Virus record (IMG/VR): IMGVR_UViG_2931369376_000001
Span: 1-64,000 of that record
Length of the DNA: 64,000 bases
Direction: 5' to 3' (one strand)
DNA from: a virus
Taxonomy: Duplodnaviria; Caudoviricetes
Below, piece after piece: positions 16,385 through 25,346 of this stretch. Position 1 is the first letter of the stretch, and each line of letters begins with the position of its first letter. The notes below the pieces were generated by a model, which saw only the letters and a list, made by a program, of their open reading frames with translations, did no database searches and was not told the origin of the DNA. Position numbers and translations under genes: made by a program.

Positions 16385-19036
16385 TCACATCGGCCACATG
16401 CCAATGCCGCCGGCGGACGCGTGGGCGATCCCCCGATCGTTCACGTTCTGCGACAGCGGCGTTTCGACATTGACCGTCGTCGAGCCTTCTTTGCCCCCGG
16501 CGCCAGCTGGCGGCGCCTTGACCTCGGCCACGCTCGGGATTTTGGTCTGACTGGCGTCCGCCGCGGCTGGCGCATAGTTCGCCATCTTGGGGGCCGCCAG
16601 GGTGGCCGGTATCGACGAATTGGCGACAGTCACCGGGCGCGGTTGGGTTGGCGCCATAACACCAATCGGGGTGACCGCCTGGGCACTGGCCAGGCTATTC
16701 GGTGGCGCCATCGCTGACATGGTGTTGGCCACCGCCGTGTCCACCGCCGCCGGCGCGTCGACCTTGAACTCATCCGCCCGTCGTGTAGGCGTCAGGTCAC
16801 CCGCCTGGGCCTGGGCCAGATAGGTTTCCTCGTACTTTTTCTTTACGTCCTCCAGGCCGTTGGTACCGCCGTTGGTGAGCCGGCGCGCCTTGTCCATGTC
16901 GCCAGCCTGGGCTGCCTTGTCGGCACCGGAACTTTTCCAGTGTTGCACCGCGATTTGTGCCGAGTACTTGGGGTCTGCCGCCAGCTCCGGGTTGTTCACC
17001 AGGTCAACACCCAGCTTCTTGCCCATTTCCTCGTATTGGGCTCGCCCGGTGAGTTGCAGCGCGCCACGCCCACGGAATTTGTAGCCGTCGCCTGGATCCT
17101 TGTTTCCCATGCGCCCGCCATAGACCTTGTTGGCGATCGCCTCGGGGTTGCCGGCGTCCGCGCGGGCGTCATCGGCGTTTTTGTAATACTTGGGGAACAC
17201 TTCCTGTAGGCGTTTGGCGCTGTAATTTAGGTTCTCTTCTGTTTTGGTGAAGCCCCCCGACTCATGGTCAACGTTAGCCATCAACATGGCCTTGGATTTG
17301 GGGTCTGTGATGCCACCCGCGTCCATGGCCTGGATCAGCTGGTCCTTAGCCGCGCTGGAGCCGCCCGAGCCATAGCGCCCGCCCGAGGCTTTGTAGAGGA
17401 TGTTTGAGCCAGCATCCGCGACTTCAGTAACCTTGTCGCCGGCGTAATCCTTGGTGTCCTGCCACGCGTCGGCGGCGGTGTCCTTCCATTCAGCCACTTT
17501 GTCCGTGACTGCCTTCCAGGTATCGCGTGCCCAGTCGGCCATACTGGTTATCGCGTCGGTGCCGGCGGTCACCAGGCCGGACCATCCCTCTTTGACGTAA
17601 TCGAATGCCGCGCCCGCTGCCTTTGATGCGGTGTCGGCCAGGCCCGTGAACGTCGAACTGATGGTGGACAACACAGAATCGAAGTCCACCGTTGCAAGCC
17701 ACTCGCCCACCATCCCGCCGAGCTTTTCGCCGATGAGGCCGCCAGCGATCGCGCCCGCCGGGCCGCCAAGCATGCCCAGTACGCCACCAACCAGGCCGCC
17801 TACCCCACCACCGACGCTGCCCCATTTGTTTGTCTTGTTGTCTTGCGCCGACATCTCTGGATCATCGTCGGCCATAACGTCAGAGGCGACCATCAGGCCG
17901 CCGATCAGCGCGCCGATAACAGGAATTTTGCGCAGCAGGCCTTTACCCATCCTGAGCGCGCCACCGCCTGCGCTCTTCGCCATGCCTTTGAGCCCACCTC
18001 CCTTGCCTTCCGCCCTGCCCGCGCGGCTGCCAGACGCCTTGCCGGGCTTTTCCTTTCCGTCAACGCCAGGCACCGCCTGATCCGCCATTGTTTTGCCTGA
18101 TCGCCTCGCGCTTCGACCTCTCCCTCCCCGGTCAGCCGCGTCACCGCCACGCCGAGCGGCACGACGGGAGCGCCCAGGCAAGAGGCTACCGGCTGCTTTC
18201 AGCAGACGCCCGGCACCCAGCAACCGGGCAAGCGCTTTGAATGGCGCCAGCACCGCGCCAACGAGCGCCAGCAACATCCCGAGCATGCCACCCAGTCCAC
18301 CACGCCCCTTGCCCTTGTTGGCGTCAGCCTGCGTGCGCCAAATGCGCCGCAGCCAGGTGACGTTCTCCCGGTGCTCTTTGGTCTGCTTGGCGTCCTGGCC
18401 ACGGCCAAACAACCGTCCCAATGGTTTAAACAGCGACATTGCCGGCGATAGAATACTGCTGACTTCCTTGGCCGCCTGGATAGTGGGGTCAACGTTGTCG
18501 ACGTCGGCGGTGAGCTTGCTGCCCATGTCCCGCGCCGCTTCGACGATTGAACCGCCGATAGCGCGAGCTGCGCCGGCATCCATGGAGCGCGCGCCGTCGC
18601 TTCCATTACCGCTATTTACCGCGGCCTTGGCGCTAAATCGTCCTGATGCGTCACGCTGGACGGTGTTAGGTACCTGCTCCTTTCCAGGGGCTGCCGTTGG
18701 GGCCTGTTCCTCCGCACGCCTTGCTCCTGGTTGCCGAGGCGTCACCGCCATTAGAGTGGTTGGCTCCGTTGCACGCTCGCTACGACTGGACCCTGCTCGG
18801 GAGCGTGGCTCTGGGTCGTTGGCCGCGCGCCCCACAGGAATTGCATGGCGGGCGCCAGTTGGCTCAGGTTGTACCGTGGCCAGGCCTCTGCTCAGCTGGC
18901 CAAGACGCTTGGCTATGTCGCTGGTGTTGCTTTCGATTTGGCGCAGCAGGCTCAGCTCTTGCGCCAGCTGCTCCACCTCGTCGGCGATGCTCTCACCACG
19001 CAGAAAACCCGTCGAAGCGTCATGTTCAAGTGCCAT
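16385..19036 (-). CDS. tape measure protein with GH19 lysozyme domain
   Basis: Ala/Gly-rich helical body with hydrophobic segments; HESGGF..EENLNYS, DGYKFRGRGALQLTGR, TNGGTNGL are GH19 motifs. Confidence 0.8.
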   Translation of the reverse strand: MALEHDASTGFLRGESIADEVEQLAQELSLLRQIESNTSDIAKRLGQLSRGLATVQPEPTGARHAIPVGRAANDPEPRSRAGSSRSERATEPTTLMAVTPRQPGARRAEEQAPTAAPGKEQVPNTVQRDASGRFSAKAAVNSGNGSDGARSMDAGAARAIGGSIVEAARDMGSKLTADVDNVDPTIQAAKEVSSILSPAMSLFKPLGRLFGRGQDAKQTKEHRENVTWLRRIWRTQADANKGKGRGGLGGMLGMLLALVGAVLAPFKALARLLGAGRLLKAAGSLLPGRSRRAARRGGDAADRGGRGRSARRSGKTMADQAVPGVDGKEKPGKASGSRAGRAEGKGGGLKGMAKSAGGGALRMGKGLLRKIPVIGALIGGLMVASDVMADDDPEMSAQDNKTNKWGSVGGGVGGLVGGVLGMLGGPAGAIAGGLIGEKLGGMVGEWLATVDFDSVLSTISSTFTGLADTASKAAGAAFDYVKEGWSGLVTAGTDAITSMADWARDTWKAVTDKVAEWKDTAADAWQDTKDYAGDKVTEVADAGSNILYKASGGRYGSGGSSAAKDQLIQAMDAGGITDPKSKAMLMANVDHESGGFTKTEENLNYSAKRLQEVFPKYYKNADDARADAGNPEAIANKVYGGRMGNKDPGDGYKFRGRGALQLTGRAQYEEMGKKLGVDLVNNPELAADPKYSAQIAVQHWKSSGADKAAQAGDMDKARRLTNGGTNGLEDVKKKYEETYLAQAQAGDLTPTRRADEFKVDAPAAVDTAVANTMSAMAPPNSLASAQAVTPIGVMAPTQPRPVTVANSSIPATLAAPKMANYAPAAADASQTKIPSVAEVKAPPAGAGGKEGSTTVNVETPLSQNVNDRGIAHASAGGIGMWPM

Positions 19037-19039
19037 GGC

Positions 19040-19948
19040 TTAGTGACCCCTGATCACGGAATCGACAACCGACAGCGCCTTTTTCACGCCGCTGGCCACG
19101 GCGGCGATCGCGCCCTTGTCCTCTTTTTCGGGTTCAGCCTGGTAGCCCGGCAGTTCGGGGGTCAACATGAACCGGTTGGCGCTGTCGAGCATATCGGCGC
19201 CGATGTTCATATTGATCCCGCGCTCCATCACCGCCGGCGCGCTGTCGAGCATAGGCGCCTCGATTTTGGCCTGGCGCAGACGCTCCAGTAGCCGCGCGTT
19301 GTGTTCCACCAGCTCATCGTTGATCTTGCACTGCGCCAGGTAGTCGGTGCTGATCGATGCGGCAAAGGCGTCCGATTCCTTGATCATCGAATCCACAGAG
19401 TCCAGCAATGCAGCGTTTTCCGACGCGAACGTGTCTACCGACGCAAAAACGCCTGGTGCCACGCTGTCGAGCATCACCGCATAGCCGCGGTTGTCGTCAT
19501 AGTTGGGAGCGCGCACCAGGTCCATGCCGAAGTACCCCTTGGGCACGCGCACACCGCCTTCCTCTGGCGCGTAGATGGCCGAACTGAAGCCATAGGCCTT
19601 GCTACCCCACAGGCGTTCGCCGACGCGGCCCGGGGCGGTATCCAGAAACTCTTGCTCGTGTTCTACGTCACCGTTGGGATAGCACTTGAGGTAGATCGTG
19701 CGCACCGCCGGCTCCAGCACCACCGGCTTGCCGTCAACAATCACCGTTTCAGGCACATCGAGTGTGTATTTCTCCCGGTACTGGTGACCGATATAACCCA
19801 CCACGTCGCCTTTCTGGATCGCTTCCTGGGTGGCAGCACCGTTGAACAGGCGCATGGCGGCGTCGATATCGATCTTGCGCGGCTGGCCGGTGAAGCTGCG
19901 CCCGATGTTGTTCAAGTTGTAGCGAATAACGCCCGTGCGCTTACCCAT
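19040..19948 (-). CDS. pro: prohead protease (P1 Pro-like)
   Basis: GYIGHQYR, VEHEQEFLDTAPG, GFSSA, GMDLVRAPNY match P1 Pro as recalled; follows the portal gene. Confidence 0.75.
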   Translation of the reverse strand: MGKRTGVIRYNLNNIGRSFTGQPRKIDIDAAMRLFNGAATQEAIQKGDVVGYIGHQYREKYTLDVPETVIVDGKPVVLEPAVRTIYLKCYPNGDVEHEQEFLDTAPGRVGERLWGSKAYGFSSAIYAPEEGGVRVPKGYFGMDLVRAPNYDDNRGYAVMLDSVAPGVFASVDTFASENAALLDSVDSMIKESDAFAASISTDYLAQCKINDELVEHNARLLERLRQAKIEAPMLDSAPAVMERGINMNIGADMLDSANRFMLTPELPGYQAEPEKEDKGAIAAVASGVKKALSVVDSVIRGH

Positions 19949-21563
19949 TCTTTCCGTCCTCTTCTTCGTTGTCGGCGCCAGCCACTGGGGGCAGATCGAT
20001 GTCGTTGTCTCCGCCGCCGAAGCCTGGTTGCGCCGGTGGCTTGGCGTTGGCCAGGCCCTTGGCGAACATGTCAGCCGCCTCCTGGTCGAGTTCTGCTGTC
20101 TTGGCCAGCATGTAGGCGTTGGTTTTTTCGTCCATGCCGATATCGCGCATCTGCGCCAGGATCTGGACCAGGATCGCGGCCTTGTTCATGGCCTTCTCGG
20201 AGCTGGCTTGCTTTTCAGCCTCCAGCGCCGCGATACCGCCGTAGAAATTGATCGTGTAGGGGCGTTCGGAGTCCGGCCAGCACTTGCCGTACTTGGCCAT
20301 CATGTGGCGGTCTATGGTGTCGTTGCAGGTCTTGGTGTAGCTGGTGCGCAGCATCCTGGCGCGCTCGGCGCCTTGGCTGCTAGTGCGGTTGAATCCGCCG
20401 TCACCCAGGCCACCCGACAGCTGATCGGCAAAGCCCAGCATGGAAATGTCGGTACCGAGGGTGCCCGCCAGCTTCTTGGCATGGAACAGCACATCCTCGA
20501 CGCCCAGGTTCTGGCCGTTGGCGCCTGATGCGATGGCGCTCACCTGGGTCAGCTGCTTTTCGTTCCAGACCGGCATGATGTTGAAGTTGCGCGACGTCGA
20601 GTAAACGCCCTCTTCCACCTGCTTGTGCGCCCGGGCCTTCATTTCCGTGAGCATCTTGGTGGTGTTTTCGAGAATCTTGGCGCGTTGCTCCTTGGTAGTG
20701 TCCGCCATGTTCATCGTCAGCAGCACTTCCTCGATGGAGCTGGCGATACGCTGCCCGACCAAACCGCGCAAGGCGGAATACAGGTTGTCGAAGTCCTGCT
20801 CTGCCGCTTCCAGCAGGGAGCCGCCCACCAGCGCCGGGAGCGGCATGATGTTGCGCAGGTCAGTGGCTTCGAGATTGATCTTCTGTGCGTTCTCGATGGC
20901 CTTCATCTGCGGCAGCATCAGCATGCGCGGCATCTTCAGGCGCACCATGTCCATATGGCTGACGCGGCTCTGTAGCTTCTCGCCCAGGCTCACGACATAG
21001 CCAACAGTCCGGCCCAGTTCCTCGTATGGCTGCACCAGGGGCGAAAAGAGTGATTCATGGTCGAACGCCACCAGGCCTTCGCCCTTGACGGTGTACAGCC
21101 GCGCATAGGCATCGCCAAACCCGCCGGCGTTAAAGCCCATGGAGTGCGCACTGTCGTTGAGCATTTTGATGACCGGCGCCAGCTCGTCGACCATCTTCTG
21201 GTCACCGCGGGAGATTCTTGGCTTTGCCTCCAGGAACACGGTTTCTCCTGTGGTTTCATGCCCGCCCAGCGCCATCTGGATGTTGTTGCGCAAGGCCGTG
21301 GAAATAAGGCCTTCCTGCATCATGAAGTGGTACTTCATGTAGATTTGCGAGCGGGTGCGCACTGGCTTGCCGGAGTTGCCCAGCAGCATTTCAATGCCGA
21401 CATAATCCGAATCGAACGTGTCCACCTGAGCCAAGCGGCTCATAGCCTGCTGATTGGCCTGGCTGGCGCTCATATCGGATAGTTGGCCGCCCAGGATTAG
21501 ATCCCGCGCACCGCCGACCAGACGCGCCACCAGGCCTTTTGGGGATTCAGTTGAATTGGCCAT
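19941..21563 (-). CDS. prt: portal protein (P1 Prt-like)
   Basis: LGFADQLSGGLGDGGF..T, HMMAKYGK..P..ERPY. Confidence 0.85.
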   Translation of the reverse strand: MANSTESPKGLVARLVGGARDLILGGQLSDMSASQANQQAMSRLAQVDTFDSDYVGIEMLLGNSGKPVRTRSQIYMKYHFMMQEGLISTALRNNIQMALGGHETTGETVFLEAKPRISRGDQKMVDELAPVIKMLNDSAHSMGFNAGGFGDAYARLYTVKGEGLVAFDHESLFSPLVQPYEELGRTVGYVVSLGEKLQSRVSHMDMVRLKMPRMLMLPQMKAIENAQKINLEATDLRNIMPLPALVGGSLLEAAEQDFDNLYSALRGLVGQRIASSIEEVLLTMNMADTTKEQRAKILENTTKMLTEMKARAHKQVEEGVYSTSRNFNIMPVWNEKQLTQVSAIASGANGQNLGVEDVLFHAKKLAGTLGTDISMLGFADQLSGGLGDGGFNRTSSQGAERARMLRTSYTKTCNDTIDRHMMAKYGKCWPDSERPYTINFYGGIAALEAEKQASSEKAMNKAAILVQILAQMRDIGMDEKTNAYMLAKTAELDQEAADMFAKGLANAKPPAQPGFGGGDNDIDLPPVAGADNEEEDGKNG

Positions 21564-21595
21564 TCACGTACACACAGAGGCTTGAGTTAACCTCC

Positions 21596-21636
21596 AGCGT
21601 ACAGGCGCCATCGGGCGCTTTGCGGTGCTGGTTTGC
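21596..21636 (-). promoter_or_regulatory. late promoter (portal operon)
   Basis: GCAAAC-N29-TACGCT. Confidence 0.6.
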
Positions 21637-21668
21637 CTGCCCTGGACGGCAAAGACCCGAGCGTTTGA

Positions 21669-22307
21669 TTAACTCACGGCGAGCCGATCAGCCGGGTACT
21701 GGCGCAGGAAATCGAAGCTTTCATGCGCTGGCGCCGTCAACCAGTCCCGATACAGGCCTTTGGGCAATATCACCACCATGCGCTTCTCGTCGTCGGGCTT
21801 GTGGTAGTTGCGCATAAATTCGTGGTCATCGGCGTTGACGGTCAACATGGTGTAGCTGTGCAACACCTGGCTCGACGCTGGATCGCGCCAGCGCTCCCAC
21901 AGGCCTGCAATACCCATCGGCTCACCGTCTGCCCGGACGATGCGCGTAGCGATGGCCTTACCCGTTCGCCAATCCGGCTCATAGATTGCCGCCGCCGGGA
22001 TAATGCAGTGCTGGGCCCGACGCCAGGCGTTTCTGTAGGAAGGCTTCTCGGCTACGGTTTCGGAGCGGGCGTTATACGTGCGCCGGGCAAGCTTGGTGTC
22101 TTTGCTCCAGGTCGGAATCAGGCCAAAGGAACCCGGCATTACCTCTGCCGCCTGCGTGGCGCCCTCCCCGTCCTGTTCGGGATCGATTGCGCGAATGAAT
22201 GGACCCAGGTACCCAGGCCACAGGTCTGTCTTGGTCTGCTCTGGCAGTGCCAGGCCGAACGCCATCCTCAGTTGCGCCGCTGTAGGCGCTTCGTAGTGGC
22301 TGCACAT
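21669..22307 (-). CDS. SOS response-associated peptidase (SRAP/YedK/HMCES)
   Basis: N-terminal MC (Cys2), TYNARSET, HCIIPA..IYE, KRMVVIL. Confidence 0.9.
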   Translation of the reverse strand: MCSHYEAPTAAQLRMAFGLALPEQTKTDLWPGYLGPFIRAIDPEQDGEGATQAAEVMPGSFGLIPTWSKDTKLARRTYNARSETVAEKPSYRNAWRRAQHCIIPAAAIYEPDWRTGKAIATRIVRADGEPMGIAGLWERWRDPASSQVLHSYTMLTVNADDHEFMRNYHKPDDEKRMVVILPKGLYRDWLTAPAHESFDFLRQYPADRLAVS

Positions 22308-22349
22308 AGTTCCCCCCTCTCGCTTACGCCCAGCCACGCCCACCAGGTG

Positions 22350-22859
22350 CTATTCGTCCAGATCCTCACTGGCCGCCTCATCTGGCCGCGGGTTGAGCAG
22401 GTACTTGCGAGTATACGGCGGGATATTCACGTTGCCGGTAACGTCGACGATCTCAAAATTGATAATTACCCCTTCACCCATGAGCACAGCCACCAGCATG
22501 CGCTTACCTGGTTGAACGTAGCCGCTGGTACCGGGCTCGGCCAGGGGCTCAATTGAGGCCTCAAGAACACCTTCAGCGTAGTCCAGGCGGCTGCTGTCAT
22601 CGGAGGTGTTGCCCAGCGGTGCGGCGTAGCCTTGTGAGAAGTGGATCATCGCTTCGCCAGTCTCAACCCACTCATAGGCTGCCTCATCCTCATCGCTCAT
22701 CACGCCAAGCGGGCCGATGGTTGGGTAGCCGTCCGCCGTCTGGTCATCGCTGGTGCGGGTCACTTTCTTGTCAAAGAGCACGCATGGGATGGCGTTGGGC
22801 TCGCGCAAGGTGCGCTGGCGATTCGCCCGGTTTATCTGGATGGCCACGTTGTTGAGCAT
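22350..22859 (-). CDS. head-tail connector-like protein (P1 gp7-like)
   Basis: Synteny with the gp25/gp26-like genes; weak recalled similarity. Confidence 0.4.
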   Translation of the reverse strand: MLNNVAIQINRANRQRTLREPNAIPCVLFDKKVTRTSDDQTADGYPTIGPLGVMSDEDEAAYEWVETGEAMIHFSQGYAAPLGNTSDDSSRLDYAEGVLEASIEPLAEPGTSGYVQPGKRMLVAVLMGEGVIINFEIVDVTGNVNIPPYTRKYLLNPRPDEAASEDLDE

Positions 22860-22862
22860 GTC

Positions 22863-23972
22863 TTACCCCTTTACCTTTTCCACTGCGCTGAGCGCTGCGG
22901 CGATCTGTTTCGCGCTGAAGCCTTGAGCCTGCATGGCTGCCATGAGCGCCTGGTGCTGGACGCTGGAGGCCTTCCTGTTCACCTGTGAGGCTTTACTGGC
23001 GCGCAGCCGGTCATTGGCCGCCTTCACCCTTCGCGCCTCCTGCTGGCGCTGGTACGACGGCTGTGCCTGGCGCTGTGCCTTCTGCTCTTCAGCCGTTTTG
23101 ATGACCGTCCCGCGCTTGGCCTTTTGGCGATCGCGCAGCGCCTGCTCAATGAATGCCTGCTGTTCGGCCACAGTGACGGGGGTTTGCTTATTGCTCAGGG
23201 TGCGCCGACCGGTTTCGATCATGCGCTTGGCGAACAGGTTGAATGTCGCCCCGGCGTTGATGGTGGCCATCACGCGAATGACGTGCTTGCAGGCAATCCC
23301 CATGAGTTTGGGGTTTCGGATGCGTGGGAAGCCGTCCTCAGGGCGTCCATAGTTGAAACTTCCGATGCTGGCGATATAGCGGTACCAATACGTGTGTCGC
23401 CCACAGTCACAATCGAATTTCAGCTTGCCCGCCAGCATTCGCCGCGCGGCCTCCAGGGCAGTGTTGCCATCCGCCAGCACCTTGTCGTAGTCCAGGAACT
23501 GCACCATGACGTGGTGGCGCGCTACGTCCGACTTCGCGCTGGCATTGGTCTGGATGTGCACGACACCGCCGCGGTTGCTGACGGGGATAACGGTATGGAT
23601 TTCACGGCTGGCGCGCCCACGGTCATCCGGTGATGACAGGTTGATCACCTGCTTGGCCAGGATCCCGCCGCCGGCACCGGAGACGGGCACGTTGCCCTTG
23701 CGCTGACCATGCCGACGCTGAATGTCGTGGACCGCGGCCCGGAACGCTATCAAATCGTCGCGCGTCAGCGGCCTGAACTCACCGCCGAGAGTCGTGAACA
23801 GCCCCCGCTTGGGGTCGTACAGGCCGGCCATATCGTCGGCGGACAGAATGGCGTTCTGGTCCCCGATCCGCTGCGCGCGGTCAGCCTCGAAACGTCTGCG
23901 GGCCTCCGCGCTCAGCTTGTTCGCAGCGACCACCAGCGTGTCGCGGGGGCGGGCTCCCTTCTTGGCAGCCAT
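22863..23972 (-). CDS. P1 gp25-like protein with SWIM-type Zn motif
   Basis: FDCDCGRHTYWYRY...FPRIRNPKLMGIACKHV nearly identical to P1 gp25 as recalled. Confidence 0.75.
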   Translation of the reverse strand: MAAKKGARPRDTLVVAANKLSAEARRRFEADRAQRIGDQNAILSADDMAGLYDPKRGLFTTLGGEFRPLTRDDLIAFRAAVHDIQRRHGQRKGNVPVSGAGGGILAKQVINLSSPDDRGRASREIHTVIPVSNRGGVVHIQTNASAKSDVARHHVMVQFLDYDKVLADGNTALEAARRMLAGKLKFDCDCGRHTYWYRYIASIGSFNYGRPEDGFPRIRNPKLMGIACKHVIRVMATINAGATFNLFAKRMIETGRRTLSNKQTPVTVAEQQAFIEQALRDRQKAKRGTVIKTAEEQKAQRQAQPSYQRQQEARRVKAANDRLRASKASQVNRKASSVQHQALMAAMQAQGFSAKQIAAALSAVEKVKG

Positions 23973-24268
23973 CAGCGGACCGACCTGGTAGCCGTGACGA
24001 TGCCGGCTTTTTGCTTGAGATAAGCCAGGTGTTCTTTGGTGGGCAGCACCACGTCTTGCTCCACCAGCTCGCTGTCTACCGTCGACAATCCAGCAGCGGC
24101 CATAACCACCAGCGTTTCAGTAGCATCACCGTAGACGCGCAGCGCCATCATCGGCAGGTGATAGCGCTCACTCGGGAAGCTGCGCACTACCTGGCGGCGG
24201 GACGAATAGGACGGCTCGGTCAGTGCGAACTTGCGCACCTCCAGATAAAACCGGGCTTCGGGGATCAT
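23972..24268 (-). CDS. P1 gp26-like baseplate (LysM/tail X-like) protein
   Basis: LPMMALRVYG....VVMAAAGL....VLP. Confidence 0.6.
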   Translation of the reverse strand: MIPEARFYLEVRKFALTEPSYSSRRQVVRSFPSERYHLPMMALRVYGDATETLVVMAAAGLSTVDSELVEQDVVLPTKEHLAYLKQKAGIVTATRSVR

Positions 24269-24294
24269 TGGGCGGCCTCTGTGAACACCCGGGA

Positions 24295-24335
24295 ATTATC
24301 CGGGCATCACCAGCGGCGCCGGCGAGGCACTTTGC
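24295..24335 (-). promoter_or_regulatory. late promoter (gp26-25-7 operon)
   Basis: GCAAAG-N29-GATAAT. Confidence 0.6.
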
Positions 24336-24362
24336 GCGACTCGAGGACTTTGAGACAGGCCG

Positions 24363-24393
24363 AAAAAAACCGCCCCAGCCGAAGCCAGGGCGG
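24363..24393 (-). terminator. rho-independent terminator of the small-peptide unit
   Basis: CCGCCCTGGC-TTCG-GCTGGGGCGG followed by a T run on the minus strand. Confidence 0.8.
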
Positions 24394-24409
24394 CCCCACC
24401 TATCAGACC

Positions 24410-24508
24410 TTACAGGCCATCAAAGTAGTCTCGCAGCAGTTCGTATGTGTGATGAACACGCACACAAACCACCACGAAGTCCCACGCACGTCTTAACAAC
24501 TTAGACAT
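24410..24508 (-). CDS. 32-aa peptide, candidate type I toxin
   Basis: MSKLLRRAWDFVVVCVRVHHTYELLRDYFDGL; AGGAGG 7 nt before the ATG; structured leader; own terminator. Confidence 0.65.
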   Translation of the reverse strand: MSKLLRRAWDFVVVCVRVHHTYELLRDYFDGL

Positions 24509-24939
24509 ACACGGCCCTCCTGTTGCTGGGCCGTCCTCCAGCACGCTTACCGGAACACGCGTGCCTTCGGGACACTTCACCAAGCGTTCCCTGTGAGGCG
24601 GCTGGGCTGATGGCCTCCCAAAACATCCTCCGGCACGGGTTCCTAATCCGTGAAGGGAGGGCCAAAATTCGCGCGCAGGCCCGGCCAACTCAAAGGTGAC
24701 GCACGCGGAACGGCCCCATCTTACCCCATAAATCTTCAGGTAATGCGCGGCGCCGTGGCTCATTTTGCTAGACTGCCCGCAAGGCTTCTTGGTGTTTTAT
24801 AAAACGTTATTTCCGGGCACCTATACCCGCCCAAGCCGATCACGGGAAAACGCCCCCTAAACGATGACAGGCGATTAACGGGAGTGAAGCAGCGTTATTC
24901 CCCATTGCGTCATTGATCAAATGTGAATAACATTATCTC

Positions 24940-25026
24940 CACACCAAGCGTTCCCTGTGAGCGAGCAAGCCCAACCCCTAATTGGATTTGCAAAGAAAGA
25001 CCGCCTCTCCTAAGGCGGTTTTTTTT
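24940..25026 (+). ncRNA. candidate antitoxin sRNA (~87 nt)
   Basis: TTGCGT-N17-TAACAT promoter (24905-24933); 5' 20 nt identical to 24578-24597; internal hairpin; terminator ACCGCC..GGCGGT plus T run. Confidence 0.65.
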
Positions 25027-25050
25027 CGCCTGCATTTTCCCCGGCCAGAC

Positions 25051-25075
25051 AAAACAAACCCCGCACAAGGCGGGG
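25051..25075 (-). terminator. rho-independent terminator
   Basis: CCCCGC/GCGGGG stem followed by TTTGTTTT on the minus strand. Confidence 0.6.
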
Positions 25076-25346
25076 CAATGTCCAACAGACGCGCTACTCC
25101 TGGTCCTGCCACTTCCTGTGCGGCCAGGTCTTATCGGTATATGCCATGGCGGCTTCCCTGCTGCTGAAGCGCCTGCGCATCACCTTGTCAGGGTGCCCTT
25201 TGTCCTTGGGATCGCCCGTGATGTAGGGCGCCCAGGCCAACCAATAGTCAGCTTCAGGCTCATCATTCCAGCCATGGGCTGCGAAGCCCCTGCGCCGTCA
25301 ACTCGCGTCCAGCTGCTTGGCCGGAACTCACTCCACAGCGACACCT

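Noticed and set aside
24410-24763. 117-aa ORF from the track
   Set aside because: Only the last 32 codons have an RBS; the upstream part is the structured leader.
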